58,781 nt of DNA from a virus (lineage: Duplodnaviria; Heunggongvirae; Uroviricota; Caudoviricetes). The translations under genes were made by a program, and so were the position numbers. Positions within the stretch are counted from its first letter, which is position 1; every line of letters starts with the position of its first letter. Shown here piece by piece: positions 30,701 through 39,230 of this stretch. Under the pieces are notes generated by a model. It did not search any database. It had not been told where the DNA came from and saw nothing but the letters and a program-made list of their open reading frames with translations. The stretch lies in IMG/VR virus record IMGVR_UViG_2879469214_000007, positions 64,001-122,781 of that record. One strand, written 5' to 3'.

Positions 30701-33672
30701 AAGTCTTTGGCTCTCATTAGCTTAGCATTGGTTGCATCAGCAGATTCTTGAGTATCGTACATACCCATGAATCCTTCTGCCTTTTTATCCTGTTTTGCTT
30801 GGTAGCCATTGTACAGAGCCTTGATTCCCCAAGCTACTCCACCAATTGCGGCTCCCCAAATGGAAAGTCTTCCGATTAGAGAAGCAAACCTAACTAATGA
30901 AGGAAGCATTTTGCTAAATGCACTGCCAATTTTCTCAACTAAACCAGCCGTTTTCCCACCAGACGAAACCACACTTCCCGGTCCCTTTCTGAATGTGGAA
31001 AATAACCACGCCGCATTAGCCGCATTTCCTACCGCATTACCTACCCTGCTTAATCTGCTAGCCTGAGCAACAGTTGCAGGAGCGCTACGGTGAGGAACGC
31101 CATTGATAATCGGGATGTTTGAATTTATCCTAGAGTACGGATTGTATCCACGATAATAGCGACCATTTGCTGGGTCTTGGAGAGGACTGTATGCAGACAG
31201 AATCCTTATGCTACCATTGCCGTGTCGAGTATTAAAACCTCTGCTGACATTAGCCGGAAGTTGTCTTCTGTTCGCTGGGTTAGTTGGGTCATTTTTGCCC
31301 CATGGAAGCGCAAGTAAAGCAGTAGATGCAATATCGGCTACTCCACCAAGCCCACCGCTAGCTGAGCCACCAGTTCCACCAGCTCCACCCTTACGGAACC
31401 ATTTGCTATAAACAGCTTTACCGCCAGCAAATAGAGAGCCATATAGCAATGCATTAGAAGCAACACCATTGAGCATTCCGCCAAATTCGTCTCCGAAAAC
31501 AGCTTTAGTTGCTCCGCCTAGTTTGCCGAAGGCAAGAACCAGACTATTAACACCTGATACCAGTGTGTTAATGGAAACAACCATGGTCTTAAACCCGTCA
31601 AGAATACCGGAATCTCCGACATTAACAGAAAGCTCTTGTAGCTGTGCTACTAGCTTTTGCCATTCACCCCTGAGCGTTTGAGAGTTCTTGATTGCCAAGT
31701 CTTCTGCTTGACCTTGAGAATTAAGGGTTTCTTGCCATAGTGCGTAGGCACCCGGAAGTCCTTCGATGATTTTCTTAAACTCAGCTTGCCTTACGCCGCC
31801 GTTACCGCCGCTAGAAGCAAGTTGACGAGTGAACTCACCTAATTCTCCCTCTGAAAGCTTTGTTGCCCCTTTATCTTGAGCCATCTTAGCCAGTTCAGGG
31901 TCATATTTCCCTACATCAGCACCCATTCTCACTGCCAACATGCCTAGCTGTGATTCAAGACTCATGTCCGATGTTGTTCCTAAAATTCTTCTTGCTTCGT
32001 CTGAACCAATGTTTCCTGAACCTGTTTTGGTCAGGTTACTGAACATTGTTTTAAGAACAGCAGAGATTTGAGCACCAGAAGCATCGCCCATTGATTCTTG
32101 CGCTTTACCTACGATGGCTGATAGGAAGTTAAGGTCTAGCTTGCCATCGCCAGTTACATAAGGCACAAGGTCCGCAATGGCATCCATTGACTTATCAATA
32201 TCAACGCCTTCTTTGCTCATTGCCGCAAGAGAATCAACGAAATTACTCATTTGGTTGATAGCTCTGTTCGGGTTGCTCTGACCGCCCCACTTCTTGTACA
32301 TTTGTGCGTAAATAGAAGTGAAGTCTTTACCTAAGCTCTGTAGGTCTGAACCCTGAACATCATTACCTCCGGTTGCTACACCAGCCCTAACAACCAATTG
32401 AGTAAGAAGTTTGGCTTGCGATGCATCTGCCGCAATGTCTTTTCTCTTCATGATGTCAGTGTAGATTGGCATTACATCGTCAGTAGGATTCAATCCATAC
32501 TTTTGACCAATTGCAAAAATATCTCTCTTGGATTGATTTTTCACATAGGAGCCGGGATTGTCCTCATTGCGCTCACTAGAGATATTGTCAATTCTTCTGT
32601 ATGCAGATTCGAAAGCAACCATCTGAGAAACAGCCGATTGCAGGGAATTAACAATGCCATTGAATACTGCGTTAATACCCATGTAGAACAACATGTTTTT
32701 ACCCATGATGTTTCCAAGGTCAGCTAGCGAACGGTTTGCTCTATCAACCGCGTGCCCCATTTCATTAAACTCAAATGTTGCAGTGCGGGTTTTAGTCGTT
32801 AAGCCATCAGCACCTTTGGTTGTGATTTCCCAAGACCTGTATAACCTTTCGCCCATAGCTTTTGCTGTAGCACTTGCTTCTTCCTTAAGTGCTTTCAGAG
32901 CAGTTGTTTTCTCACTAAGAGAGGTATCCGGGTTTCTTAAGACATCAGTAGGTGTATTGGTGTAAGTAACCTTACTATCCCTACTGGCTCCACTAGTTGA
33001 AGCTTGCAATCTTTTATTTGCCCTGTCTTGGGTCATTTGAAGATTGATTTCTTCACGCTGTCTCCTGAGTGTTTGTCCAAGCAATCTCTCTTGCTCAGTA
33101 GCGCTTTTTGCTTCTTTAAGCTTCCTGTTCGCTTCGGCAACTTGCTCCCTGAGCGCATATAGAAGCCTATTTGTTTCTGCATTCATCGCCCTTGAATTAG
33201 CATTGACTACTTTAGGGTCAACAGAACCAACAGGGGCAGAACCTTGTTGCCCCGGCATACCCAAACGCCTTAAGCCATTCTGATTCGATGCACCATTTGC
33301 GCCATTTGCACCATTGCTAGCTGGACTAGGAACAGTACGAACCGGAGCCGAAGCCGGAGCTGATTGTTGCTGTGCATTAATCGCAACGGTTAACTCTCTC
33401 TTGGCATTAGCAATAACCTTTTCAACTTCTCTTTGAAATGCCGAAAGCGATGTTTTGTCCAGTCTTAAGCTAATTGGCATGGTCGCTTTCATTCTGCCAA
33501 TTTGCTCTGTGATAACACGCTGGTCATTACTATTTAATTTTAAGCCAACATTGACTGCTGAAACTTTCTCTTTGATTCTTCTATCTGTACTTGCTACTTC
33601 TTCTAGTAGCTTATTTACAGAGCTAGGAGAAAGCTGTAATTCAGTCTGTATAACATACTTAAAATCTGCCAT
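24748..33672 (-). CDS. Tape measure protein with glucosaminidase-like and NlpC/P60 domains
   Basis: 2974 aa, Ala/Gly-rich and helical. Contains LDPVFLLSLAAKESGWG..NAVYSIGA (~28140-28480) and DCSMFV..LPRTAAEQ..GDLVFF..HVGIY (~27670-27970). Confidence 0.92.
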   Translation of the reverse strand: MADFKYVIQTELQLSPSSVNKLLEEVASTDRRIKEKVSAVNVGLKLNSNDQRVITEQIGRMKATMPISLRLDKTSLSAFQREVEKVIANAKRELTVAINAQQQSAPASAPVRTVPSPASNGANGANGASNQNGLRRLGMPGQQGSAPVGSVDPKVVNANSRAMNAETNRLLYALREQVAEANRKLKEAKSATEQERLLGQTLRRQREEINLQMTQDRANKRLQASTSGASRDSKVTYTNTPTDVLRNPDTSLSEKTTALKALKEEASATAKAMGERLYRSWEITTKGADGLTTKTRTATFEFNEMGHAVDRANRSLADLGNIMGKNMLFYMGINAVFNGIVNSLQSAVSQMVAFESAYRRIDNISSERNEDNPGSYVKNQSKRDIFAIGQKYGLNPTDDVMPIYTDIMKRKDIAADASQAKLLTQLVVRAGVATGGNDVQGSDLQSLGKDFTSIYAQMYKKWGGQSNPNRAINQMSNFVDSLAAMSKEGVDIDKSMDAIADLVPYVTGDGKLDLNFLSAIVGKAQESMGDASGAQISAVLKTMFSNLTKTGSGNIGSDEARRILGTTSDMSLESQLGMLAVRMGADVGKYDPELAKMAQDKGATKLSEGELGEFTRQLASSGGNGGVRQAEFKKIIEGLPGAYALWQETLNSQGQAEDLAIKNSQTLRGEWQKLVAQLQELSVNVGDSGILDGFKTMVVSINTLVSGVNSLVLAFGKLGGATKAVFGDEFGGMLNGVASNALLYGSLFAGGKAVYSKWFRKGGAGGTGGSASGGLGGVADIASTALLALPWGKNDPTNPANRRQLPANVSRGFNTRHGNGSIRILSAYSPLQDPANGRYYRGYNPYSRINSNIPIINGVPHRSAPATVAQASRLSRVGNAVGNAANAAWLFSTFRKGPGSVVSSGGKTAGLVEKIGSAFSKMLPSLVRFASLIGRLSIWGAAIGGVAWGIKALYNGYQAKQDKKAEGFMGMYDTQESADATNAKLMRAKDLIQKDMPSDLNEYDKAQYLFDRKNTLMNYSSFGKIDGVTDETKYKESEEFRKIIDELGKNGMELQNYGAGVFEFKYQDEVAGERKNGALDLFGIGGGKENTYEKYLEITDALVNGTGSLSIEWEKANSNAVDYANSLATVTDIQERLNKITQVQSIASALNSTKFMGGGENSASYYTAELGNATDAVARLSQDYATLKAENDKIAASASDNALRSLQAQNALMGMDKGQEYIQSITEAFNSAKEAGSVNEFTGAYDVTGGSDEDKAKYNYAKSLVDNYNSQQSQEQAKKSIDDITSSLTQQITNLKQLSISYLVAASGASVFDGALKKVQSNVGKDTHAITMAANNDDKRVAMENAFTSMAQEAKLYQAQAAQIQQTMDSYKLQNPEQDFSLSALYNPGADGLTAEQSAVMQLNEKLYETQANQNASLEALKQQIDAMKELVLNSDKYKDMWESVNDRIELSKTLTGQLKDIGIGQKVSPDMANLKSVLTPNFNRNEYLKEQSESARDSYIEVTEQIKKSLVTYGDDATKLKEALAEIKGTYTDKIKAAFLDPLKNIIDTDFQDVSDKQLQAAQAMQDSMDTLQQILNTNLEALNTVVSQLNANTDSTTTTTDTSTSTAPTSVTSATAASNLALGLGPISQETANRVNGVFDDPLGLLKNFKPTSSSTSASGVASALAGIAAAGKTTSTSNSVAGNAGTSDASWKTLANKKLTLQTSVTADELNAYLDKQLAKNASAGSSILKGKGQDFIDAANVSGLDPVFLLSLAAKESGWGRGNIAKEKNAVYSIGADDTNPNGNAYKYDSVREGIIEGAKWIAKYYTAKGQDTILTMGPQGPSTHQYNSHDEWVQGVAQIMQGFGKNAVSGTETPTLPTSSPLTNMVEEMDKLSSSGKFVYQKINGKFQGSYQEFVQQALSDCSMFVQEMFDQFLGINLPRTAAEQYNDPRGQKVAKSDLKAGDLVFFHTDQGRTASHVGIYTGNNKFMQMGNKGLKEGDLTSKYWSSNYDGARRYPGIDASNITDNLIGSQQDQAIADMKQAFTDMINQAKQAVKGAFTSEANALMSQKNTIKYGYNETMADYVSKMPINGQGKFDYKNFQMDTLKDSRLQVADAIKANNDFIKNAPKFLQQLAKDANDKTKSTADRQVASAQYQSLKNLLENGNLISELKKNTKNLETLADRYADMAYKDPNQNATEAFKLIQGELSNLENMDKAGNGGSVGYYQKMQQINEMDSTYMTRKKQTEIRQTLFDNHGYNYKDLLKSKELQYADEVKLLVKQMVAVAGQLDKMKQGTNNWYLALEDAVALQDKVIELENKKTELSKKYFEQTSKGVYAYINARAYTQSRDYVLSKDNREAAISKYQTSKGSLDANEQLVNLQIISESHDKMINVMNDYRSAVVGAFKAGAISLKEYMERLNNLRDMQDEIKTQAVNMTDAMQSTFSSSLADALKSGMQGSFDAPGEFVQSIKDGLAGSISGQMSNIVLQQSGLQDVMNGLVTSIVGSLTTGDANKSINAFNTTDFKKKIDDALAPFLPLIQQITASTDGIFGVLKDQLFNAPTGFKIDDYLYEIEKPKTAQDLGQWGYADGTIVNEAGSPTSPGGAKGEIVLPPMSSIPTGVPDFVTKPIEDVLAPAGGGGSLSTPFQTGVKWNPVKEALQAIIDLKTSYNGSIGLDTDGKAQSHSTANAVREALALIPGTEDIVQALGDGIDPSTLGIDAIQKLLQDSKLSQFDMTKYLDGIDTGVTGMSDTLASKIEGVINGVGGVVSAINAKNAVANPSSSSSSGSSSSSGSSGGYSGGSSSSSGGSSSGSLSDAIGSVVNNPGYSDATKDYISGIVSGDPSKIKDAADAAEYNQGKLNDFQNSVDWNNVFKKGKYHTGGIGGAMNFARGDQLSSNEFSAVLQNDETIFQKGQLGSFLNHFLEGGVSSSSSTSNGGTNVNVSVDVAGAGADEAAYEEAISRAVTIAVNEVQRQNRLTNLRNKGVVGYS

Positions 33673-33743
33673 CTCTCTATCGTCCTCCTTAATAAAAATA
33701 GGATGGAATAGTTAAAAAACTGTTCCATCCCTTAGCTATTCCT

Positions 33744-34145
33744 TTAATCCGTATTATCTTCGTAGTATTCATCCACATAATCCTCAAACTCTTCATCGTC
33801 GAAGTGAATAACCTCGTCGTGGTCATAAGCAGAGGAATTAGGATTTTTGAGATTCCTAGAATTTTTCCTAGCCATCTCTTCCATCTCTTTGCCTTTTTGC
33901 TCAACCCATCTGTCAAGCAAGTCGTCATTTTCAATTGTCTTATTGTCAGGTCTTTCAGGATGCTCGAAGATATTGTCGTAGAATGTACTCCAAAAAACTA
34001 AGGCAACTTGGTTCAAATTCCAGTCTGTTGTAGCACCTTCAAAGAGGGGGCTTCCTGTTTTAGTGGATGCTTTCCATCTCGCTCTCCACTCTGCTCCAAC
34101 TTGACCAGACCCCCTCGCTATCTGTCTAAGTTGCCCTCCGCAAAA
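33744..34145 (-). CDS. Downstream tail-assembly-chaperone segment, in frame with 34146..34805 beyond a single TAA
   Basis: Hand translation: 133 open codons (FCGGQLRQIAR..WRARWKAS..LVFWSTFYDNIFEHPERP) begin right after the stop codon. There is no ATG/GTG/TTG until 34016. Confidence 0.65.
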   Translation of the reverse strand, partial: FCGGQLRQIARGSGQVGAEWRARWKASTKTGSPLFEGATTDWNLNQVALVFWSTFYDNIFEHPERPDNKTIENDDLLDRWVEQKGKEMEEMARKNSRNLKNPNSSAYDHDEVIHFDDEEFEDYVDEYYEDNTD

Positions 34146-34805
34146 TTACTCTTCTTCCGTTTCAGCGGATTCTTCGTTTACCTCTGCGGAGGGTTCTTGA
34201 AGAAAGTCCGCTGGCAAGCCATTTACGAATGTGATGAACTGGTAAGCGATAGTGTTTACCAAGTTTTGGTCTTCTTCATTTTTGAATGCTTCGTAGCTTG
34301 ACCAGAATGGTTTTCCTGTATCAGCTACTTCCGTACATTTATAAATCAGGAAGGACATTTTGCCTTCGTCAGCTTTTGATTCAGCAGTGTTTTGGTAGAG
34401 TTTTTGACGCTCTTGTTGGAGAGCCATAAGTTCTTGACGGAACTCAGAAATTTTATCTTCTGCTTTCTCCATGTTCTTACTGCCCTCTGCCATCTTGCCC
34501 ATGACAACAATTTGCTTGTCGATTTCATCACGGAGAGTTTGGACTTTTTCATCGTCCTCTTTCGTCCACAATTCCATGCTTTCAATCATTTTCGTCATCT
34601 GCTTGTTAGATGGAATCCCATCCTTAATTGCTTGGTTTAAAACCTTCGAATACTCCCAGTCCGCCAAGCGATTTTCCTCAACTTTAGGGAAACGAATCTG
34701 CACTAGACCTCTTGCGCTATCGAACACCCTACGTCCAGTTTTGATTTCAGTCATCAGCTCGTTTGATTCTTGGTCTTCATAAACCTTTTTAGTTTCTTTT
34801 GCCAT
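34146..34805 (-). CDS. Tail assembly chaperone (gpG-like)
   Basis: Lies between the tail tube and TMP genes; helical with an acidic C-terminus. Confidence 0.65.
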   Translation of the reverse strand: MAKETKKVYEDQESNELMTEIKTGRRVFDSARGLVQIRFPKVEENRLADWEYSKVLNQAIKDGIPSNKQMTKMIESMELWTKEDDEKVQTLRDEIDKQIVVMGKMAEGSKNMEKAEDKISEFRQELMALQQERQKLYQNTAESKADEGKMSFLIYKCTEVADTGKPFWSSYEAFKNEEDQNLVNTIAYQFITFVNGLPADFLQEPSAEVNEESAETEEE

Positions 34806-34881
34806 TTTTCCTGTACCTTCCTTTTTGTTATTTTATATTTATAATATAATAATAGAGGATGCCCGAAAGCATCCTCCTATG

Positions 34882-35130
34882 TCAGTCGCGGGAATCTTCG
34901 CCAAAGTCAATTCGCTCATTATAAGTTGGCGTATATTTGACTTCGTACTTCTCAAGTTCTTCTTTGAACTTGCGAATTTCATCGTTCCCTGACCTTAGAA
35001 TCTGCTTTCTAACTTTTTTGAACTGCTCTTTATCTAGCCCCGATAACTCTATCAGCGCTAAGCAGTCCTTAAATACTTTGGTTATGCTTCGCTCTCCGAG
35101 AATGGATAGCTTCTCTTTGTCAGCATTCAC
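34882..35130 (-). CDS. Hypothetical protein
   Basis: 82-aa ORF with SD AGGAAAGG, co-directional with the tail genes. Confidence 0.6.
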   Translation of the reverse strand: MNADKEKLSILGERSITKVFKDCLALIELSGLDKEQFKKVRKQILRSGNDEIRKFKEELEKYEVKYTPTYNERIDFGEDSRD

Positions 35131-35275
35131 TTCAACCTTTCCTCCTTACTCCTTTATTCCCTAGATATTAAGTTTTGTTCTATATATAATCTTCTTTGTA
35201 GTTAAAAAGATATGCTATCAAGGGTTTCATCCTTATAATCATATATTTGATTATTTTGCCAGTAGTTCGACACAT

Positions 35276-35308
35276 AAAAAAAATCTGCCCAAGAGATTCA
35301 GGCAGATT
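35276..35308 (-). terminator. Intrinsic terminator after the tail tube gene
   Basis: Stem AATCTGCC/GGCAGATT followed by a U-run on the minus strand. Confidence 0.75.
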
Positions 35309-35320
35309 AATTAAAGTCTA

Positions 35321-36826
35321 TTATGAGATTTTATCGGAAACAGTCAGGTTGTGCGCCATGAACTCAAATGTTTGAGTTGCATCACTATCAACACGAGCAT
35401 CCCAGTTCTCATTTTGCGGGATAAGGTTCTGAACTGTGAAAGTCTTAATCGCAAATTTGCTTGGGTGTCCGGCTGGCAACTTAGCTCTAGCAACATCGTT
35501 TTCACGATATAGCTTAATTGTTAAGCCCATGTCTTTCACCAAGTCTTCGATTGCGATTTCTCGAACAGTTGCAGGGTCCTTACCAGCGAAACGAGCCATC
35601 ATTTCAAGGTCAGAATCCTTGAACTCTAATGTTATGCTTGTATTAACAGGCAATTGCATTGGACGGTCGTATGGTCTTAGGGAACCAAGCTCTTTCAATT
35701 GCTCACGAGTAAGCGGTAAAGAGATACGCGCCGATTGGATACGAGCCACACGGCTGTTTGCTTTGTCAGAAAGGAAGATTTCAACTTGTCCCTCTTTAAG
35801 ACCACCAGCAAGCTCAGGGTGCGGAGTTTCAGCAATTGGAACTGGTGAGAAGAATGCTCCACCTGTTGCCGCTGTGTAACGAGCTTTGATAAGGTCGCCA
35901 GCAACAAGAGCTGTTGTGAATGTAACAACTTTATTTGCTACAGTGAAATCTGTTCCTTCTTCAAGCGGATTACCATTTTTGTAAAGCTTAAGCATGTAGT
36001 ATCCGTTTGCCAGTTGGTTAGGTGTTGCAGTAAGGCTTGCAGTCAAACCAGCAGTTGCCTTAATGTTGTCAACGATTACTTGGGCACCATCATTTAGGAA
36101 CCAGCGTTTGTTATCAGTTTCAAGACGGTAGCTTGCTGTTACTGTACCTTGTGTCTGGAAGTTGTAGTCAACATTGTTGACGAATGCCTTTTCCATGTAC
36201 ATAGTACGCTTAACATCGTCACCGCTACCTGATTGTTTTACAGGTACGAAGATATCTACATTCGCTAGCTCGAAATCAAGGTGTGAAACCTCTCCGAACG
36301 GACGAGTATCTACAATATCAGCTTGTTTGATTACATTGGAGCCAGCTACAGTAGCAAGGGCAATGCCGCCTGTTGGCAAGGATGTTCCTACGCCTACCTT
36401 AGCTGTACCGCCACCAGTAACTTCTGGTTTTAAGTAAACAGTTTGACTATTTCCTGTTGGAACAGCAATTGTTGCTCCTTCGAAGAAAATCGGGTGTCCA
36501 CTTGCAGTTTTATATACACCAGCCAATACTTTTACTTGATTTGTACCGATTGCAGAGCCGTCTGGAACAGCTACTACTTGGCAACCATATGGTTTGTTAG
36601 CAAGCAAAGCGAAAAGGTCTAGTGTTCCGTTTTCGTTTTGGTCGATTGATACATCAACTTGAGGTACATCGTCAACAATCTCGACAATGTTTAGAGTACC
36701 AAGCTCTTTCATGTCTTCTGTTGTCAAACGGCTTGAGCTACCGAATGCTTGAATACGGTTAGCCTGTACATCATCTACGAATGCACCAACGCCGGAATAA
36801 CGAACGCGTGTTGGTCTGTTAGCCAT
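35321..36826 (-). CDS. Major tail tube protein with inserted accessory domains
   Basis: Synteny after the neck genes. N- and C-terminal tube-like segments (ELGTLNIVEIVD, ELGSLRPYDR) flank beta-rich insertions, and a terminator follows. Confidence 0.75.
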   Translation of the reverse strand: MANRPTRVRYSGVGAFVDDVQANRIQAFGSSSRLTTEDMKELGTLNIVEIVDDVPQVDVSIDQNENGTLDLFALLANKPYGCQVVAVPDGSAIGTNQVKVLAGVYKTASGHPIFFEGATIAVPTGNSQTVYLKPEVTGGGTAKVGVGTSLPTGGIALATVAGSNVIKQADIVDTRPFGEVSHLDFELANVDIFVPVKQSGSGDDVKRTMYMEKAFVNNVDYNFQTQGTVTASYRLETDNKRWFLNDGAQVIVDNIKATAGLTASLTATPNQLANGYYMLKLYKNGNPLEEGTDFTVANKVVTFTTALVAGDLIKARYTAATGGAFFSPVPIAETPHPELAGGLKEGQVEIFLSDKANSRVARIQSARISLPLTREQLKELGSLRPYDRPMQLPVNTSITLEFKDSDLEMMARFAGKDPATVREIAIEDLVKDMGLTIKLYRENDVARAKLPAGHPSKFAIKTFTVQNLIPQNENWDARVDSDATQTFEFMAHNLTVSDKIS

Positions 36827-36844
36827 TAGTTTAATCTCTCCTTG

Positions 36845-37525
36845 TTATATAAAAATTTTTAAATCTACGATAATTTCGCTATAAAATTTGGGTTTGTTAC
36901 CTATATCTAAACTTCCACCTTTTCTGTAATTAATGCTCTCTGCATGTGTATAAGTTATGATTTGATAAGGGTCAAAGCTATCATTGAGCGTACCGTCTTC
37001 ATTTAACGGGAAACCCAAATTATAGTCGGTTATGCCTATACTTCCCTCAAGCAATTCAACAATGCTATCGGTTACATCGTTTCTCTCGCCGCCGCGTTCT
37101 GAGAACACTTGAATAATATAGGTTTTTGTCTTTTCTGTTTGAGAACTACCAAGCTCATAGGGCTTTGTCTCTGTTTCGTCCTCATAAATAGCGACTGCCG
37201 GATACTTAAAACTCTCCGATGTCTCATTCGAACTTTCATCGTAAATATTGAAGTTACAGTAGTAGTAGTCCACTTTAACTTGGTTGCTCTGAGTGAGAGC
37301 AATATCGAAATTCACAATGCCATTGAGATAGTCAACGCTGTATCCAGAAGCAACTATATTCCCGTCCACTTTGACAACAACATCCTTGGTTGTCGATATA
37401 TTATTATATTTAAGCTGATAGCTGATAAAGTCTACGGACTTTGCTATGTCGTTTGTTTTTTTGACAGAAAGCAAATCTCTTAATTGATAAAAAAGAGAAA
37501 GCTCAATCAATCTGCTAATCTTCAT
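36845..37525 (-). CDS. Tail terminator/completion-like protein
   Basis: Synteny; YPAVAIY..YIIQVFSE..ERNDVTDSI pattern. Confidence 0.55.
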   Translation of the reverse strand: MKISRLIELSLFYQLRDLLSVKKTNDIAKSVDFISYQLKYNNISTTKDVVVKVDGNIVASGYSVDYLNGIVNFDIALTQSNQVKVDYYYCNFNIYDESSNETSESFKYPAVAIYEDETETKPYELGSSQTEKTKTYIIQVFSERGGERNDVTDSIVELLEGSIGITDYNLGFPLNEDGTLNDSFDPYQIITYTHAESINYRKGGSLDIGNKPKFYSEIIVDLKIFI

Positions 37526-38215
37526 TTACACTACCCTCCATCCATATCTTCCTGCCACTTCTTTCATGGACTCTTTCAACGCATCCCCCAGCAATTGTCT
37601 TACATCATCCTGTGAATTTCTAAGACCATCTCTAAAGAAGTGACCAGCTCTTACACCCGGATGCATTCGATTTCTGCCGTCAGTCTTGTTCGTCATAAAG
37701 AGGATTCGCTTATTGAAGTGATAGGATTGTGAAGGTCCATATAGGAATTGCTTACTTGAATCCCTGGCGGTATAGGGAACTTGGAATGCCTTTGGTATCC
37801 CTTTCGCACCAGCTCCACCACCAGCACGGCGACCAAACTCCATGATAATCCACGCTGGCAATGATGGCTCCGGTCTTAGTCCAATGGAACGAGTAGTCCC
37901 GTCTTTATCAGTAAAGATACCTCTTTGCGGTCCACGCTTTGTTTCCATGTTTAATTCGTCAATGTCACCGAAGCCGATTTGTGCCTTGGTTCCTGTCTTA
38001 TTGACTTCAACATGCGGCACATCCCCTTTTACCACTCGAAGCAATGTACCGGATTGAAGGTAGTCATAGCCAGAAGACGAAAGACTGTTCACAACCCTTG
38101 CCTTCATCGCTTCCCCTGCACCTTTGGCACCTTGCTTAAACGATTCTGTTCGGAGAACCTCTTTGTGCATCTGCTTTAAATGATTAAGGATTTCATCTAT
38201 GTTTGTTTTAATCAT
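37526..38215 (-). CDS. Neck/tail completion protein (HK97 gp10-like)
   Basis: WIIMEFG and MHPGVRAGHFFRDGL motifs; synteny. Confidence 0.55.
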   Translation of the reverse strand: MIKTNIDEILNHLKQMHKEVLRTESFKQGAKGAGEAMKARVVNSLSSSGYDYLQSGTLLRVVKGDVPHVEVNKTGTKAQIGFGDIDELNMETKRGPQRGIFTDKDGTTRSIGLRPEPSLPAWIIMEFGRRAGGGAGAKGIPKAFQVPYTARDSSKQFLYGPSQSYHFNKRILFMTNKTDGRNRMHPGVRAGHFFRDGLRNSQDDVRQLLGDALKESMKEVAGRYGWRVV

Positions 38216-38221
38216 TACGGC

Positions 38222-38716
38222 TCACTCCATTAGGGCTAAGCTTATGCCAATCTCATATAGATACCCTTGTAAATAACCGGGTTCAAAGGATTCCGTTTTG
38301 AACTTCGCGCCCTTCCAAACTACATAATCAAATGATTCAATAAAGGCTTTCATTTGGTTGTAATCATCCAAGTCATATTTTTCATCTACATTCAGAACTG
38401 TGTTGATTTCCTCTATATCAATTGTTAAAAAGATATTCCCATCAACATACTTACCAGCCTTAGTGTAGTCGTATCTGAAATCCTCACTTTGTTCTACAGA
38501 TGCCGGGATAGTCTGGAATACTTCGGTAATGATATAACCAACACCCTCGCATGTCGGGCAATTGCGGTCGGTTGACTCCTTGCGGATAGGGTCAAACTTA
38601 CAATCAGGGCACTTGGTTTTGGAATTGCTATAAATCTGAACCGTTTCATTGAGAACATGGTTTCCGTTCCCAATCGCCTTAAGCATGTTTCTAATATTAG
38701 ATTCTGGAATCTTCAC
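38222..38716 (-). CDS. Head closure / head-tail adaptor with Zn-finger
   Basis: CPDC..CPTCEGVGY; synteny. Confidence 0.6.
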   Translation of the reverse strand: MKIPESNIRNMLKAIGNGNHVLNETVQIYSNSKTKCPDCKFDPIRKESTDRNCPTCEGVGYIITEVFQTIPASVEQSEDFRYDYTKAGKYVDGNIFLTIDIEEINTVLNVDEKYDLDDYNQMKAFIESFDYVVWKGAKFKTESFEPGYLQGYLYEIGISLALME

Positions 38717-38720
38717 TTAA

Positions 38721-39167
38721 TCACTCCATTCTTACGCCTTTGATTGAGCCATTGCCGTTCTTGACGCGATACAAAGCTCTCCTATACTCCAAGTCAATAA
38801 GCCTTAAAGTTTCGGCATGGTCATCAGATTGGTTCGTGTTGTCGAGTGTCAATCTGCCTTTTACCATACGGAAGTTATCTCTGTCGGATTGTCCTTTGGT
38901 TCTCAGCGTAATCAGATAATGAGCCTTGGTTGCAAACAATTGAGCGTCGAGCCTTGTCAGTTCCAACGGAGCTAAGATTTCGCCGGACACGACATTAGTT
39001 ATGCTATCGACAATAATATTTAGTGCCACTTCACGCTGGTACTCTAATTCAACTTGGTCAATAGCGTCACCGATATAGCCCAATAACAAGTCATCTGCAT
39101 ATGTGTAAGGCGTTTCAGTATCACCAATACGACGACGAACAATTGCCAAGATTTCATTTGCTGTCAT
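38721..39167 (-). CDS. Head-tail connector
   Basis: VRRRIGD..YADDLL adaptor-like N-terminus; synteny. Confidence 0.6.
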   Translation of the reverse strand: MTANEILAIVRRRIGDTETPYTYADDLLLGYIGDAIDQVELEYQREVALNIIVDSITNVVSGEILAPLELTRLDAQLFATKAHYLITLRTKGQSDRDNFRMVKGRLTLDNTNQSDDHAETLRLIDLEYRRALYRVKNGNGSIKGVRME

Positions 39168-39189
39168 TCTTTACCTCCGTCCTAATCTG

Positions 39190-39222
39190 AAAAAAGGGAC
39201 AGGATGCACTTCATCCTGCCCC
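39190..39222 (-). terminator. Intrinsic terminator
   Basis: GGG-CAGGATG/CATCCTG-CCC stem followed by a U-run on the minus strand. Confidence 0.7.
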
Positions 39223-39230
39223 TCATGAGC

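Noticed and set aside
34146-34148. Genome-wide stop-codon reassignment
   Set aside because: Long genes are intact under code 11, TAA ends many genes, and no suppressor-anticodon tRNA is visible.
34146-34230. Classical -1 or +1 frameshift in the tail chaperone
   Set aside because: Both alternative frames hit stops (TAA, TGA) before 34146, and the downstream coding segment is in the zero frame.
35321-39167. Contractile tail sheath
   Set aside because: No sheath-sized gene lies between the neck and tube genes; the 501-aa protein looks like a tube protein with insertions.
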